Positions 1 through 10,900 of a DNA stretch of 64,000 bases are shown piece after piece. Where the stretch lies: NCBI GenBank assembly GCA_905194545.1, contig CAJJSS010000006.1, positions 5,092 through 69,091 of the forward strand. Reading direction: 5' to 3'. Source of the DNA: Coriobacteriaceae bacterium. Lineage in GTDB: Bacteria; Actinomycetota; Coriobacteriia; Coriobacteriales; Coriobacteriaceae. Under the pieces are notes generated by a model. The model was not told where the DNA came from. It saw nothing but the letters and a program-made list of their open reading frames with translations, and made no database searches. Made by a program: the position numbers and the translations under genes. Position 1 is the first letter of the stretch, and every line of letters begins with the position of its first letter.

Positions 1-1
1 G

Positions 2-352
2 ACGCTTATCTATGCGCAGGCCATGCGCCGGGCGCTGGGCCTAGATACCCGTGCTGCGCTCTATTTTTCGACCAAGGGCGGCAAGCCCGCGCTGCGCGGC
101 GCGGCGAGTGCCGAGTTGCTCGAGGAAGATCGCGGCGACGGTCGCATCCCGGGCCTCAAGAAGGGCTTTCCGGGCGAGGGCGGCAACATGGACTTCGATG
201 CGCTGCTCGACCGCGTGGAGACCGGCATTGCCGAGCGCCTGCGCGAGCTCGAGGCGGGCGACGTCGCCGCTGTCGATTCGACGTCGGCGCAGGCCGCGCA
301 TGCGCGCTGCTCGTATAACCACCAAGGAACGTTTGTAAGGAGGGACGTGTAG
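2..352 (+). CDS. addB: C-terminal end of AddB-like PD-(D/E)xK nuclease subunit (5' truncated by window)
   Basis: Frame is open from the window edge (TLIYAQAMRR..., resembling the QxxxY motif) and ends 3 nt before an AddA-like gene. Confidence 0.6.
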   Translation, partial: TLIYAQAMRRALGLDTRAALYFSTKGGKPALRGAASAELLEEDRGDGRIPGLKKGFPGEGGNMDFDALLDRVETGIAERLRELEAGDVAAVDSTSAQAAHARCSYNHQGTFVRRDV

Positions 353-355
353 ACC

Positions 356-3300
356 ATGGATCTTTCGACTTTGATGCCGCAACAGCTGCAGGTCGTCAAA
401 ACGCTCGACCGCCCGCTGTTTGTCTCGGCGGGTGCCGGCTCGGGCAAGACCTTTACCCTCACGCGCCGCATCGTCTACGCACTCTCGCCCGAATCCGGTC
501 CGTTTGTCGAGCATCTGGACCAGGTGCTCGCCATTACCTTTACCAAAGACGCCGCGGCCGAGATTCGCGACCGCGTGCGCCGCGCGCTTATCGAAGAGGG
601 CATGGACGAAGAGGCCCTGACGGTCGACGACGCTTGGATCTCGACCATCCACGGCATGTGCGCGCGTATCCTGCGCGCGCACGCGCTGGAGCTGGGCATC
701 GATCCCGAATTCACGGTGCTCACCGATACCGATGAGCTTATGGATCAGGCTGTCGAGCATGTGCTGGGGCGCGCGACGGCGCCCGATGCCGCGCCCGAGC
801 TCGCCGCTTCGCTTAAGGCCCTCTACGCTTGGTATCCCATGGCGGGCGAGGGCGGGCCGTTTGGCGCCGGTACCACCATCAAAGGCCTGGTGCGCGACCT
901 GTTGGAGCTATCGAGCCAGCTTCCGGGCGGCATGGACGATGTGCGCGTGGCGCGTGGCCAGGCCGACGCCTCGGCGCTTGCCGATGCCTATCGTGCGGCG
1001 CTGGGCGCAAGCAAGGCCACGACCGAGAAAGCGCAGGTAGCACTCGACGCCATCGACGCGTTTGAGGCGAGCGGCAAAACCATGGAGGATGCGGCGCGAC
1101 TCATGATGTCGTGCAGCATGCCTCGGGCGAGTAAGGCGTTTCCTAAGGAGCAGGTGGAGCTACTCAAGGCCGAGGCGGCTGATGCGTTTATCAATATCGT
1201 GCTTGCCTGCGGCGGTCCGGCGGTCGATGCGCTGGTGGGGCTTGCCCGTGCTGTGGAGGCGGAGTACCGCGCGCTCAAGGCCGGCCAGTCCGCGCTCGAC
1301 AATAACGATCTGTTGCGTATGGCATACGAGGCGCTTCGCGACTATCCTGCCATCCGAGCTGCCTATGAGGGCCGCTTTAAGATGGTCATGATCGATGAGT
1401 TCCAGGATACCGATCAGATGCAGGTCGATTTGATTCGCTATCTGACGGGCGAGGGGGAGCGCGCGCTGTGCACCGTGGGCGATGCGCAGCAGTCGATCTA
1501 CCGCTTCCGCGGTGCCGAGGTCGAGGTGTTCCGTCGCCAGGAGCGCAAGGTGGGCTCCTCTGCTGCGCCCGAGACGGCTGTCGCATCCGATGCCCCCGCC
1601 GGCGAGCTCGTCAAGCTTGTACGCAACTTCCGCAGCCACGACGAGGTGTTGCGCTACGTAGCGCGCGTCTTTGACGGCGACACCGGTGGTTTGATGCAGG
1701 GGTTCTTGGATCTTGAACCGAGCGACAAACGTAAGGACAAGCTCAAGGCAAAGGCGTCGCGCCGCCAGGCGGTCTTCGTTGCCGGTGGCAGCACGCAGGA
1801 GCGAACGCAGGCGAAAGCTCGTGCGATTGCCGAGCGTTTCCGCGCGCTTGCCGATAAAAAACAGCCCCAGGGCAGCATGGTCCTGCTGCTGGGCCGCATG
1901 ACCAACGCCGATGTCTATGCGCAGGCCTTCCGCGACCAAGGGCTCGACTGCGTGATCGCAGGCGGCTCGGTCTTTGCCCAGGCAGCCGAAGTGCAGACGG
2001 TGCGCGCCCTAGTGTGCGCGCTTGCCAATCCGGCCGATACGGCCCAAGGCCTTATGCCGCTGCTGGCTTCGCCGATGTTTGCGCTCGGTGCGCAGGAGTT
2101 CTTGGCACTGGCGACCAAGCTCGACGAGCAGACGGGCGAGACGTCGCGCCGCAATATCGATGTGGGCATCATGAGCGATTTTGACGTACCGGGCTTGCAG
2201 GACCTGCCGCTCGTGACGCGTGCCCGCGAGGTGCTGCGCTATGCACTGCGTCGCGTGGGGCGCGATTCGTTCGCCGCCATCGCGCGTGACGTGGTCAATG
2301 CTTCCGGCTGGTTCGTGCACCTGGCACAGCGTGGTCCCGAGGGCAAGGCCATCGCCGCCAACGTGCTCAAGGCGCTCGACGCCGTGGCCGAGGCAGAGGC
2401 CGAGCTCGGCAATTCTCCGCGCTCCATCGCGCTCGCCTTCGACCGCTTCTTGGCGGGCAAGGAGGCCCCGGGCGCGCTCAACGAGGAGGGCGACGGCGCG
2501 GTGCGCATCATGACGGTGCATGCGTCCAAGGGTCTGGAGTATCCGGTCGTAGCGGTTGCCGAGTGTTTTGGCGTGCGCAAATCGTCCGGTGCGGCTCAGA
2601 TGGGGCGTGTCGAGGGCGGAGCGCAGGTCGTGGCGCTGCCGGCACGCTTCGACGGCGTTAAACTCGCGGACGGCACGTTCGTGAAGGGCGATGACGTCAA
2701 AAAACAGTTTGAGCACGCGTTTAAGGGCAAGGGCACGTCGCTGTGGCTGCCGCCAGAGCTCATGGAGGACGTCTGTGCGACGGGCTCTCCCGCCGAGGCA
2801 TTTGCCCGCCTGCGTAACGACGACCTGCAGCTTTCGCTCGAGGAGCGGGCTCGCTTGCTCTATGTCGCCATGACGCGTGCGCGAGAGCTGGTCATTCTGG
2901 CGATGGATGCCGGCGTGAGCCGCGGCAAGGTGACGGCGCCGACCTTCGACGTCGAGACCGATCTGACCTATGACGTGCTGCGTCGTATTCTGCCTACCGA
3001 CGCTCTGGACATGCCGCAGCTCGATGCCGACCGCCTGGTGTTCGACAACTCCAAGCCGGGCGACTACGAGCTCATCTCGCTGGCGGACTTTACGTTTGGC
3101 GAGCAGGCGTTTGAGGCCAATGCTTCTCTGGATGCCGAGGGCAGGCTTGTCCGCGGCGATGCGGAGCCGGGGGGCGCCGGTGCGGATGCCCGCGCCGCCG
3201 TTCCCGGCCCTGCCGACCCCGAGCCCGATGCGTTTGAGCTCGTGTATCCCCAGACGGTGGGCGTGCGCATGGGCGCCTGCCCGTATCCGGTGCGCGATTC

Positions 3301-3979
3301 GTACAGCTACTCGTCAATTGCCGCGGCGCTGCATGCCGAGGCCGAGGACCGTGCCGCCGAGGCGCGCGTGCCCATGGACGAGGCTGGCGATGATGCCGAG
3401 TCGGATGGCTCGGAAATGACGGATGCGGACGTGGCCGCTGTCGAGCCCGCCGGCAATCCCATGGCCTTGGGTTCGGCCTTCCATGCCGCCTGCCAGTGGC
3501 TGATCGAGATGGGTGCCGATGAGCTGCCCGCCGAGCGTGCCGACGCCCTGGCTCGCCTGTGGCGCCTGACGCCGGAACAGCGCGAACGCTTCGACGTTGC
3601 CCTGGATCGCTGGCTCAAGTCGGCGGTCCGTGCCGAGCTACTTGCCTGGCCGTGCGTTCGCGCCGAGGTGCCGTTCTTTTCGCTGGGCTGCGAGGATGAA
3701 GACATCGCTCGCTACGGTGCATATGCCGAGGGCGCCATCGATGCTTTGGCGACGAACCCGGCGGATTCGTCATGCGCGCTGGTCATCGACTACAAGACGG
3801 GCGGCACGCCGGACGAGACGCCGGAACAGCTGCAGGAGAAGCACGCCCTGCAGGCGCGCGTCTACGCTGATGTTTTGCACAAGGCGGGCTTTGAGGCCGT
3901 GACCGTCAAGTTCGTCCGCGTGGAGCAAGTCGACCTCGCCAACCCGTGCGAGCCTCAGGTGGTCACCTACAGCCTCTAG
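356..3979 (+). CDS. addA: AddA/RecB-like UvrD helicase-nuclease
   Basis: AGAGSGKT Walker A, DEFQD, VGDAQQSIYRFRGA, TVHASKGLEY, LLYVAMTRA; C-terminal RecB nuclease GAIDAL..IDYKTG..QARVY. Confidence 0.9.
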   Translation: MDLSTLMPQQLQVVKTLDRPLFVSAGAGSGKTFTLTRRIVYALSPESGPFVEHLDQVLAITFTKDAAAEIRDRVRRALIEEGMDEEALTVDDAWISTIHGMCARILRAHALELGIDPEFTVLTDTDELMDQAVEHVLGRATAPDAAPELAASLKALYAWYPMAGEGGPFGAGTTIKGLVRDLLELSSQLPGGMDDVRVARGQADASALADAYRAALGASKATTEKAQVALDAIDAFEASGKTMEDAARLMMSCSMPRASKAFPKEQVELLKAEAADAFINIVLACGGPAVDALVGLARAVEAEYRALKAGQSALDNNDLLRMAYEALRDYPAIRAAYEGRFKMVMIDEFQDTDQMQVDLIRYLTGEGERALCTVGDAQQSIYRFRGAEVEVFRRQERKVGSSAAPETAVASDAPAGELVKLVRNFRSHDEVLRYVARVFDGDTGGLMQGFLDLEPSDKRKDKLKAKASRRQAVFVAGGSTQERTQAKARAIAERFRALADKKQPQGSMVLLLGRMTNADVYAQAFRDQGLDCVIAGGSVFAQAAEVQTVRALVCALANPADTAQGLMPLLASPMFALGAQEFLALATKLDEQTGETSRRNIDVGIMSDFDVPGLQDLPLVTRAREVLRYALRRVGRDSFAAIARDVVNASGWFVHLAQRGPEGKAIAANVLKALDAVAEAEAELGNSPRSIALAFDRFLAGKEAPGALNEEGDGAVRIMTVHASKGLEYPVVAVAECFGVRKSSGAAQMGRVEGGAQVVALPARFDGVKLADGTFVKGDDVKKQFEHAFKGKGTSLWLPPELMEDVCATGSPAEAFARLRNDDLQLSLEERARLLYVAMTRARELVILAMDAGVSRGKVTAPTFDVETDLTYDVLRRILPTDALDMPQLDADRLVFDNSKPGDYELISLADFTFGEQAFEANASLDAEGRLVRGDAEPGGAGADARAAVPGPADPEPDAFELVYPQTVGVRMGACPYPVRDSYSYSSIAAALHAEAEDRAAEARVPMDEAGDDAESDGSEMTDADVAAVEPAGNPMALGSAFHAACQWLIEMGADELPAERADALARLWRLTPEQRERFDVALDRWLKSAVRAELLAWPCVRAEVPFFSLGCEDEDIARYGAYAEGAIDALATNPADSSCALVIDYKTGGTPDETPEQLQEKHALQARVYADVLHKAGFEAVTVKFVRVEQVDLANPCEPQVVTYSL

Positions 3980-3990
3980 CCCTCAATAAC

Positions 3991-4053
3991 TTGCGGTGGA
4001 ATACGGACTGTTTTGGCCAAAAAAGCCGCCAAACAGTCCGCATTTCACCGCAA
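3991..4053. repeat. REP-like intergenic palindrome, family A copy 1
   Basis: TTGCGGTGGAATACGGACTGTTT...AAACAGTCCGCATTTCACCGCAA; related copy at 59741-59807. Confidence 0.8.
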
Positions 4054-4154
4054 CTGCGTGAGTAGCCGTGTGGGTTTGGCTAGGTTCGGGTGCTGTCCGT
4101 GCCGTGGGGTAAAATCGTTCAGTCAGAACACGAACCCGCATCGGAGCTCATCAC

Positions 4155-7100
4155 ATGGCATTCGTCCATCTGCACAATCACACTGTTTTCTCCATGCTCG
4201 ACGGCGCAACCCGTATCCAGGATATGGTCAACCGTGCCGTTGAGCTTGGCATGCCCGCCGTGGCCATTACCGACCACGGCTACATGTATGGCGTGCCCGA
4301 CCTGGCGCTGGCCTGCGACGCCGTCAACCACAACACGCCCGAGTACAAAACCTGGAGCCACGACAAGGCCTTCTTGGAAAAGGATCGCCGCGACGAGCTG
4401 GTGGAGCCCGACCCCGAGGCAAGCCCGCGCGAGCATGCCCAGTATGTGAAGGACATGGCCATGTGGGACGAGAAGGGCAACATCGACGAGCTCAAGCCGC
4501 CCCTGGTCATCAAACCCATCTTTGGGTGCGAGGTCTACTTTACGCCGGACGAGACGCTCGCCCGCGACCATAAGCCCGAGCTCTACCACATGATCCTTCT
4601 GGCCAAGGACCAGGAGGGCTACGTCAACCTGATGCAGACGGTCTCCGAGGCCGCCGTGCAGGGCTTTTACTACAAGCCGCGCGTGACGCTCGACAACCTG
4701 CGCCGCCACGCCAAGGGCATGATCTGCACGAGCGCCTGCATCGCCGGCATCATCCCCAAATACATCGACCGTGGTGACATGGAGGGCGCCATCAAGTGGG
4801 CCGAGACCTTCCGTGACACCTTCGAGCCCGGCGATTTTTATATCGAGATCCAGGAACACGGCATCACCACCGACAACGGCCTGACCGATGAGCAGATGGA
4901 CCGCACGCTCATTGACATCGCCAAACAGGTGGGCGTCAAGGTTATCGCCACCAACGACTTCCACTACCTGCGCCGCGAGGACGCGCCCGTGCAGGACGTC
5001 ATCATGTGCATTGGCATGAACGCCAAAGTCGACGACCCCAACCGCATGCGCATGACTGGCTCGGAGTTTTACATGAAGACCGAGGAGGAGATGCGGGCGA
5101 TGTTCCCGTATTGCCCCGAGGCCTGCGACAACACGCTCGAGATCGCCGACAAGTGCTACGTCGAGCTGGACTGGGACTCCATCATCCTGCCGCGCTTCCC
5201 GTTGCTCGACCCCGGCGAGACGCACGAGAGCCAGTTCCGCCGCGAGTGCGAGAAGGGTCTGCGCCAGCACTATGGCGACGACTGGGCCACGCGCGAGATC
5301 GGTGGCGTCAACATCAAAGAGCGCTTTGAGTACGAATACAAGGTCATTTGCGACAAGGGCTTTGCCGCCTACTTCCTCATCGTCGCCGAGTACGTGCAAT
5401 GGGCCAAGGACAACGGCATCGGCGTCGGCCCCGGCCGTGGTTCGGCCGCTGGCGCTATCGTCGCCTACGCTATGAACATCACCGCGTTCGACCCGCTCGA
5501 GAACGGCCTGATGTTCGAGAGGTTCCTGTCCCCGCAGCGTACCGAGATGCCCGATATCGATATGGACTTCGACGATGAGCGGCGCCTCGAGGTCGTGGAG
5601 CACGTTCGCCAGCTCTACGGCCCCGAGAAAGTCACCCACGTCATCACCTACTCGACCATTAAGGCCAAGCAGGCCATCAACGACGCCGCTCGCGTCCTGG
5701 ACTACCCGGTCTACATGGGCCAGCGTCTGTCCAAGATGGTCTCGAGCGACCCCAAGGTCAAGCTCAAGCAGGTGCTCGAAAAGCAACCCGGCAAAGAGGA
5801 CCTGTTTAACCCCGATTTTGCCGAGGCATATAAAAAGGACGACGACGCCCGCCGCATCATCGACACGGCGCTCTCAATCGAGGGCCTCACCCGTGGCGAG
5901 GGCGTGCACGCGTGCGCCGTTCTGATCTGCCGCGACCCCGTCAACGAGCACGTGCCCACCAAGCTCGACACCAAGGGCGGCGTCGAGATTACCCAGTACG
6001 AGGGCCATACCGTTGCCGACATGGGCCTGCTCAAGATGGACTTCTTGGGCCTGCGCACGCTGACTGTTATCTCCAAGGCAAAGGCAAACATCAAGAAGAA
6101 CTTCGGCATCGACATCAAAGAGGAAGAGATTCCCTTTGACGACCCCGAGATCTTTAAGCTCATGGGTTCCGGCCACACCGCCGGCGTCTTTCAGGTCGAG
6201 TCCGCCGGCATGACGGCCACGATCAAGAACATGAAGCCCACCGAGTACAAGCACGTCGTGGCATTGATCGCTCTGTACCGCCCGGGCCCGCTGGGCGCCG
6301 GCATGGTCTCGTCCTACATCAACCGTATGAACGGCAAGGAACCGGCGGTTTCCTACGACGACCGCCTGGACGACATCCTGGGCGAAACCTACGGCACCAT
6401 GGTCTACCAGGAGCAGGTTATGCTCATCTCCGTCGAGATGTGCGGCTTCTCCAAGGGCGAATCGGACTCGCGTATCCGTAAACCCGTGGCTAAGAAAAAG
6501 ATCAAGCTGCTCACGTCGACGGTGCTGCACTGGGAGGATGGCTCGGACGAGACCACCTACGACCACTGGATGAACGGCGCTATCAAGAACAACTACACGC
6601 GCGAGGTCGCCCAGAAGATTTGGGACGATGTTCTCGAGTTCGCATCGTACGCCTTTAACAAGTCGCACTCCGCCGGCTACGCCATCCTGGTTATGCAGAC
6701 GGCGTGGCTCAAGGCGCACTATCCGCACGAGTACATGGCGGCCGTTCTGACGTCCTACACGGGCAAGACCGACAAGATCGTTCATTACGTCTCGGCGTGC
6801 CGTCACGACGGCATCCCCGTGCTTTCGCCAGATGTCAATGAGTCCGGTACCGAGTTCACGGCTACCAAGGAGGGCGTGCGCTTTGGTCTGGCCGGCATCC
6901 GCGGCGTGGGCACCGGCGTGGCGCAGGCGATTATCGCCGAGCGCGAGGCGGGCGGTCCGTTTAAGACGCTGCACGATTTTGTCGAGCGCGTGGACTCGAG
7001 CCAGGCCAACCGCCGCGTGATCGAATCGCTCATCAAGGCAGGCGCCTTCGACTCCACGGGGTATCCGCGTCGCCAGATGATGCACTTTGTGGACAAGAAC

Positions 7101-7958
7101 AACCCCGAGAACATCATCGATGCCGCGGTAAAGCGCCAGAAGGATCGCGCGAGCGGCCAGACGTCGTTCTTCGATATGTTTGGCGACGTTGAGGGCTCGG
7201 GCTTTGAGGTGAGCGTGCCCGATCCGGATGGCCAGGAATGGGACCGCCACCTCAAGCTGAGCCAGGAGAAGGAGGTTCTGGGCATCTATGTCTCGGACCA
7301 CCCGCTGCGCCCGTTTGAGTATGCGCTCAGCAAAGCGCGCGACTTTTCGTTCTCGCAGATCGACACCGGCTACGAAGTTCAGAATCCTACGGGCGGCACC
7401 ATCAACCAGGAGATTCCCGAGGGCAAAGCGCTGTGGTGGGCCGGCATGGTCTCGAGCGTGTCCAAGCGCGTGACCAAAAACGGCGACCCCATGGGCATCG
7501 TGCAGCTCGAGGACATGGAAGGCGAGGCCACCGTCGTGGTGTTCCCCAAGACCTACAAGGAGGCCGAGGGGTACCTGTACGGCGAGGTCGATCCCGAGAC
7601 GGGCGCGCAGCTGTCCGATGCGTTTGTGCGCATTAAGGGCAAGCTCGAGCGCTCGGACCGCGGTGATCAGATCATCGCGCAGGAGATTGTGCCGCTGGAG
7701 CTTAATGAGGAGAGCAACAAGCCCAAGGTGTTTGAGGTCATGGTGCCCAACAGCCGCTTTAGCCAGGGCAATATGGCGCGTCTTGCCACGGTGCTTACCG
7801 CCAACCCGGGCGGCGACCGCGTGGAGATCTTTATCGAGCAGGTGGACGGGCGCGTGCTGCGCGCCGAGGTACCTGCCAAGGTCAACGCACGCTCGATTCC
7901 GCTGTTGGCAGAGGCCAAGGCCATCGTGGGTAACCAGGGTCGCGTGACGGTGATCTAA
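4155..7958 (+). CDS. dnaE: DNA polymerase III alpha subunit
   Basis: PHP domain FVHLHNHT/AITDHG, GPGRGSAAG, MPDIDMDF, YAFNKSHS, C-terminal OB fold. Confidence 0.97.
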   Translation: MAFVHLHNHTVFSMLDGATRIQDMVNRAVELGMPAVAITDHGYMYGVPDLALACDAVNHNTPEYKTWSHDKAFLEKDRRDELVEPDPEASPREHAQYVKDMAMWDEKGNIDELKPPLVIKPIFGCEVYFTPDETLARDHKPELYHMILLAKDQEGYVNLMQTVSEAAVQGFYYKPRVTLDNLRRHAKGMICTSACIAGIIPKYIDRGDMEGAIKWAETFRDTFEPGDFYIEIQEHGITTDNGLTDEQMDRTLIDIAKQVGVKVIATNDFHYLRREDAPVQDVIMCIGMNAKVDDPNRMRMTGSEFYMKTEEEMRAMFPYCPEACDNTLEIADKCYVELDWDSIILPRFPLLDPGETHESQFRRECEKGLRQHYGDDWATREIGGVNIKERFEYEYKVICDKGFAAYFLIVAEYVQWAKDNGIGVGPGRGSAAGAIVAYAMNITAFDPLENGLMFERFLSPQRTEMPDIDMDFDDERRLEVVEHVRQLYGPEKVTHVITYSTIKAKQAINDAARVLDYPVYMGQRLSKMVSSDPKVKLKQVLEKQPGKEDLFNPDFAEAYKKDDDARRIIDTALSIEGLTRGEGVHACAVLICRDPVNEHVPTKLDTKGGVEITQYEGHTVADMGLLKMDFLGLRTLTVISKAKANIKKNFGIDIKEEEIPFDDPEIFKLMGSGHTAGVFQVESAGMTATIKNMKPTEYKHVVALIALYRPGPLGAGMVSSYINRMNGKEPAVSYDDRLDDILGETYGTMVYQEQVMLISVEMCGFSKGESDSRIRKPVAKKKIKLLTSTVLHWEDGSDETTYDHWMNGAIKNNYTREVAQKIWDDVLEFASYAFNKSHSAGYAILVMQTAWLKAHYPHEYMAAVLTSYTGKTDKIVHYVSACRHDGIPVLSPDVNESGTEFTATKEGVRFGLAGIRGVGTGVAQAIIAEREAGGPFKTLHDFVERVDSSQANRRVIESLIKAGAFDSTGYPRRQMMHFVDKNNPENIIDAAVKRQKDRASGQTSFFDMFGDVEGSGFEVSVPDPDGQEWDRHLKLSQEKEVLGIYVSDHPLRPFEYALSKARDFSFSQIDTGYEVQNPTGGTINQEIPEGKALWWAGMVSSVSKRVTKNGDPMGIVQLEDMEGEATVVVFPKTYKEAEGYLYGEVDPETGAQLSDAFVRIKGKLERSDRGDQIIAQEIVPLELNEESNKPKVFEVMVPNSRFSQGNMARLATVLTANPGGDRVEIFIEQVDGRVLRAEVPAKVNARSIPLLAEAKAIVGNQGRVTVI

Positions 7959-7968
7959 GCTACCCCGG

Positions 7969-10900
7969 GTGAGATTGGAGGAAGTGATGGCGCAGGGGAC
8001 GTTTGTGCAGGCGCTTCGCAAAGAGGCGGCGTTGAGCGGCACCTTTATGAAGGGGCGTTCGCTCATGCTCAACGGTGCCGTGCTGTCGATCGAGGACAGC
8101 GGCTCGCGCTTCTCCAAAAACGTGACGGTCGAGGGCACGGTGCGCGGCTCGCGCGGTGACCTGTACAAGACGCACGTGGCGCTCGACATGGACGAGCACG
8201 AGGTTATCGACTACGACTGCGACTGCCCCGCCGCATACCGCTATCCCGGTATGTGTAAGCACGCTATTGCCACGGCGCTGGCGTATTTGGATGCCAGCGG
8301 CGCCGAGCCCGTCGAAGGTTTGCGCACGCCGGTTCGCACGTTTACGGCGCAGCCGAAACAGCCCGCGCGCGCCGCGTCCGCCGCGCCGGCCGTCAACCCC
8401 AACTTTCCCTTCCCGGCGCCCGTCCCCACGAGCCCGAGCCTTGTGGCGGCGCTTTCCGATCTTTCGGACGCGCGCATGGATGAGCTGGCGAGCATGCGCC
8501 GCAAGCTTGCCGGTGCCGTTGATCCCGACGCCCCCAAAGCGGCGTTGGAGCCCTCGTTGGTGCCGTACTACAATCCGCTGTTCGCTGACCGCTTTAGCTG
8601 GGCGCTCGAGTTCCGCATTCGCTGTGGATCGGTCTCCTACGTGGTCAAGGACATCGACGGCATGGCCGATGCCTACGTGCGCGGCGGCACGTTCTCCTAT
8701 GGCAAGAAGCTCACGTTTGTCCATTCACCTGAGGCCTTTGACGAAACATCGGCAAAGCTGCTCAACCTTGTTGTGACGACAGTTGCCTATCTCGATGACA
8801 TCACAAGCTCGCGTTCGGCGTCGTACGACTTTGCCCGCAGCGGTTTTGTTGCCGAGCGTCAGTTGCCGCTGTCCGAGCATAGCATCGTATATGTGCTGGA
8901 CCTGCTGCGCGGCCAGACCATCTCCTTTGAGCCCGCCTGGTCGCGGGGGATGACGACGCATCGCACCTACGACGTGGCGGTTGAGCTGTCTCCGCAAGGG
9001 GAGGACGGGGCGTCCGCTAAGCGCCCACCACTTCTTGCCGCCAAAATCGCGCCGGCGGCTGGTGGTAGCTATGACCTGCGCCTGCCCGCCGATATGTACT
9101 GCTTTGCGTCGGGCGATGCCGCCTACTTGGTTGACACGCGCCGCGCGCGCCGTACCGACGCTGCATTTGCTCAGCATGCCGCACCTTTTTTGTCGCGCTT
9201 GCTGCCGTGCCGCACGCCCGCCCATATTGCCGCCGAGCAGGTGGGTGAGTTCTGCCGTATGGCGCTGCCCATTTTGCGCGACTATACCGACCTCACCGCG
9301 CCCGCCGCGCTCGATACCGTGGCGCCCGAGCCGAGCTTTGCCATGGCAATCGGCGTCGACGATGGGCTCGTGACCTGCAAGATTACGGTTACCTACGGCG
9401 ACTGGTCGGCGGATCTCTTTAGCCTGGGCGCTCCGGGCAGTCCCTTTGAAGAGCAGCGCCCCGGCGTGCCGCCCCGCGACGAGGTGGCGGAGTTTCGCGT
9501 TATGGATACGGCGGCCCTGTACTTCGATTTCTACGAGGGCGGTCTGGCGTTTGAGGAACGCGATGATGAGAGCTTGTTCTGCCTGCTGACCGAGGGTCTG
9601 TCCGCCCTGTCCGAGCTGGGTGAGGTCATGCTCAGCGACCGTCTGCGCCAGATTTCGGTGCGCCCCGCGCCCAAGCTCTCGGTTCGTGCGACCGTCAAGA
9701 GCAATCTGCTCGATGTCGAGCTGGGCGCGAGCGCGCTTTCGGCCGCGGACCTTGCCGTCTATCTCGATTCGTACAAGCGCCATCAAACGTTTGCGCGCCT
9801 TACGTCCGGCGACATCATTCGCCTGGACGAGGGGGCGCGCGCCGCGTTTGGCCTTGCCGAGGACCTGGGTGTCGATGCCGTCGACCTGCTCGACGGCGTG
9901 TCGCTTCCCGCGTCGAGCACCCTCTTCGTCGACAGCATGCTCGCACGCACGCCGGCGCTCGAGGCCGATCGCGACGCTGCGTTCCGCCGTACCGTCGAGC
10001 GCCTGGACACGCTCGGCAAGATGGACTTTACGGTGCCGGCATCGCTCAAGGCAACGATGCGCGGCTACCAGGTCGACGGATACCAGTGGCTCGGCTCGCT
10101 CGAACACCTGGGCCTTGGCGGCATCTTGGCCGACGACATGGGCCTGGGCAAAACGCTCCAGATGATTGCGCATATTCTGGCGCGCGTGGAGGCGGGGGAC
10201 ACCAAGCCCACGCTCGTGGTATGCCCGGCCTCACTCGTGTACAACTGGACTGCCGAGCTGGAGCGCTTTGCCCCGTCGCTCGATGTGTGCGCCATTGTGG
10301 GCGCCAAGGCTCAACGCCGCGTGCAGATCGCCGGCGTGGCCGAGCATAGCGTGGTCGTGACGTCGTATGACCTTATGCGGCGCGATATCGACGAGTACGT
10401 CGAGCAGGATTTTGCCCGCGTGGTGCTCGATGAGGCACAGTACATTAAAAATCCGCTCACGCAGGTGGCGCGCGCCGCCAAGCGCCTGCCTGCCGGCGTG
10501 CGCTTTGCCCTGACGGGCACGCCCATCGAAAACCGCCTGTCCGAGCTCTGGAGCATCTTCGACTTTTTGATGCCGGGCCTGCTGGGCACGCGTGAATCGT
10601 TTGCAAAGCGATTCGAAAGCCCCGTCGAGCATGCCGAGGGCGATAGCGCCGCTCGCCTGCAGGCGCTCGTGTCGCCGTTTGTGCTGCGCCGTGTTAAGGA
10701 AGACGTGGTGGCCGACCTGCCCGAGAAGATCGAAGACACCGTCATGGCGCAGCTTACCGGCGAGCAGCGCAAGCTCTACCTGGCCAACCAGGACCGCATC
10801 GCCCAGCAGGTGCAGCACCGCGAGGCTGGGGAGTTTAAGAAGGACAAACTCAAGGTGCTCGCCGAGCTCACCAAGCTGCGCCAGATCTGCTGCGACCCGC

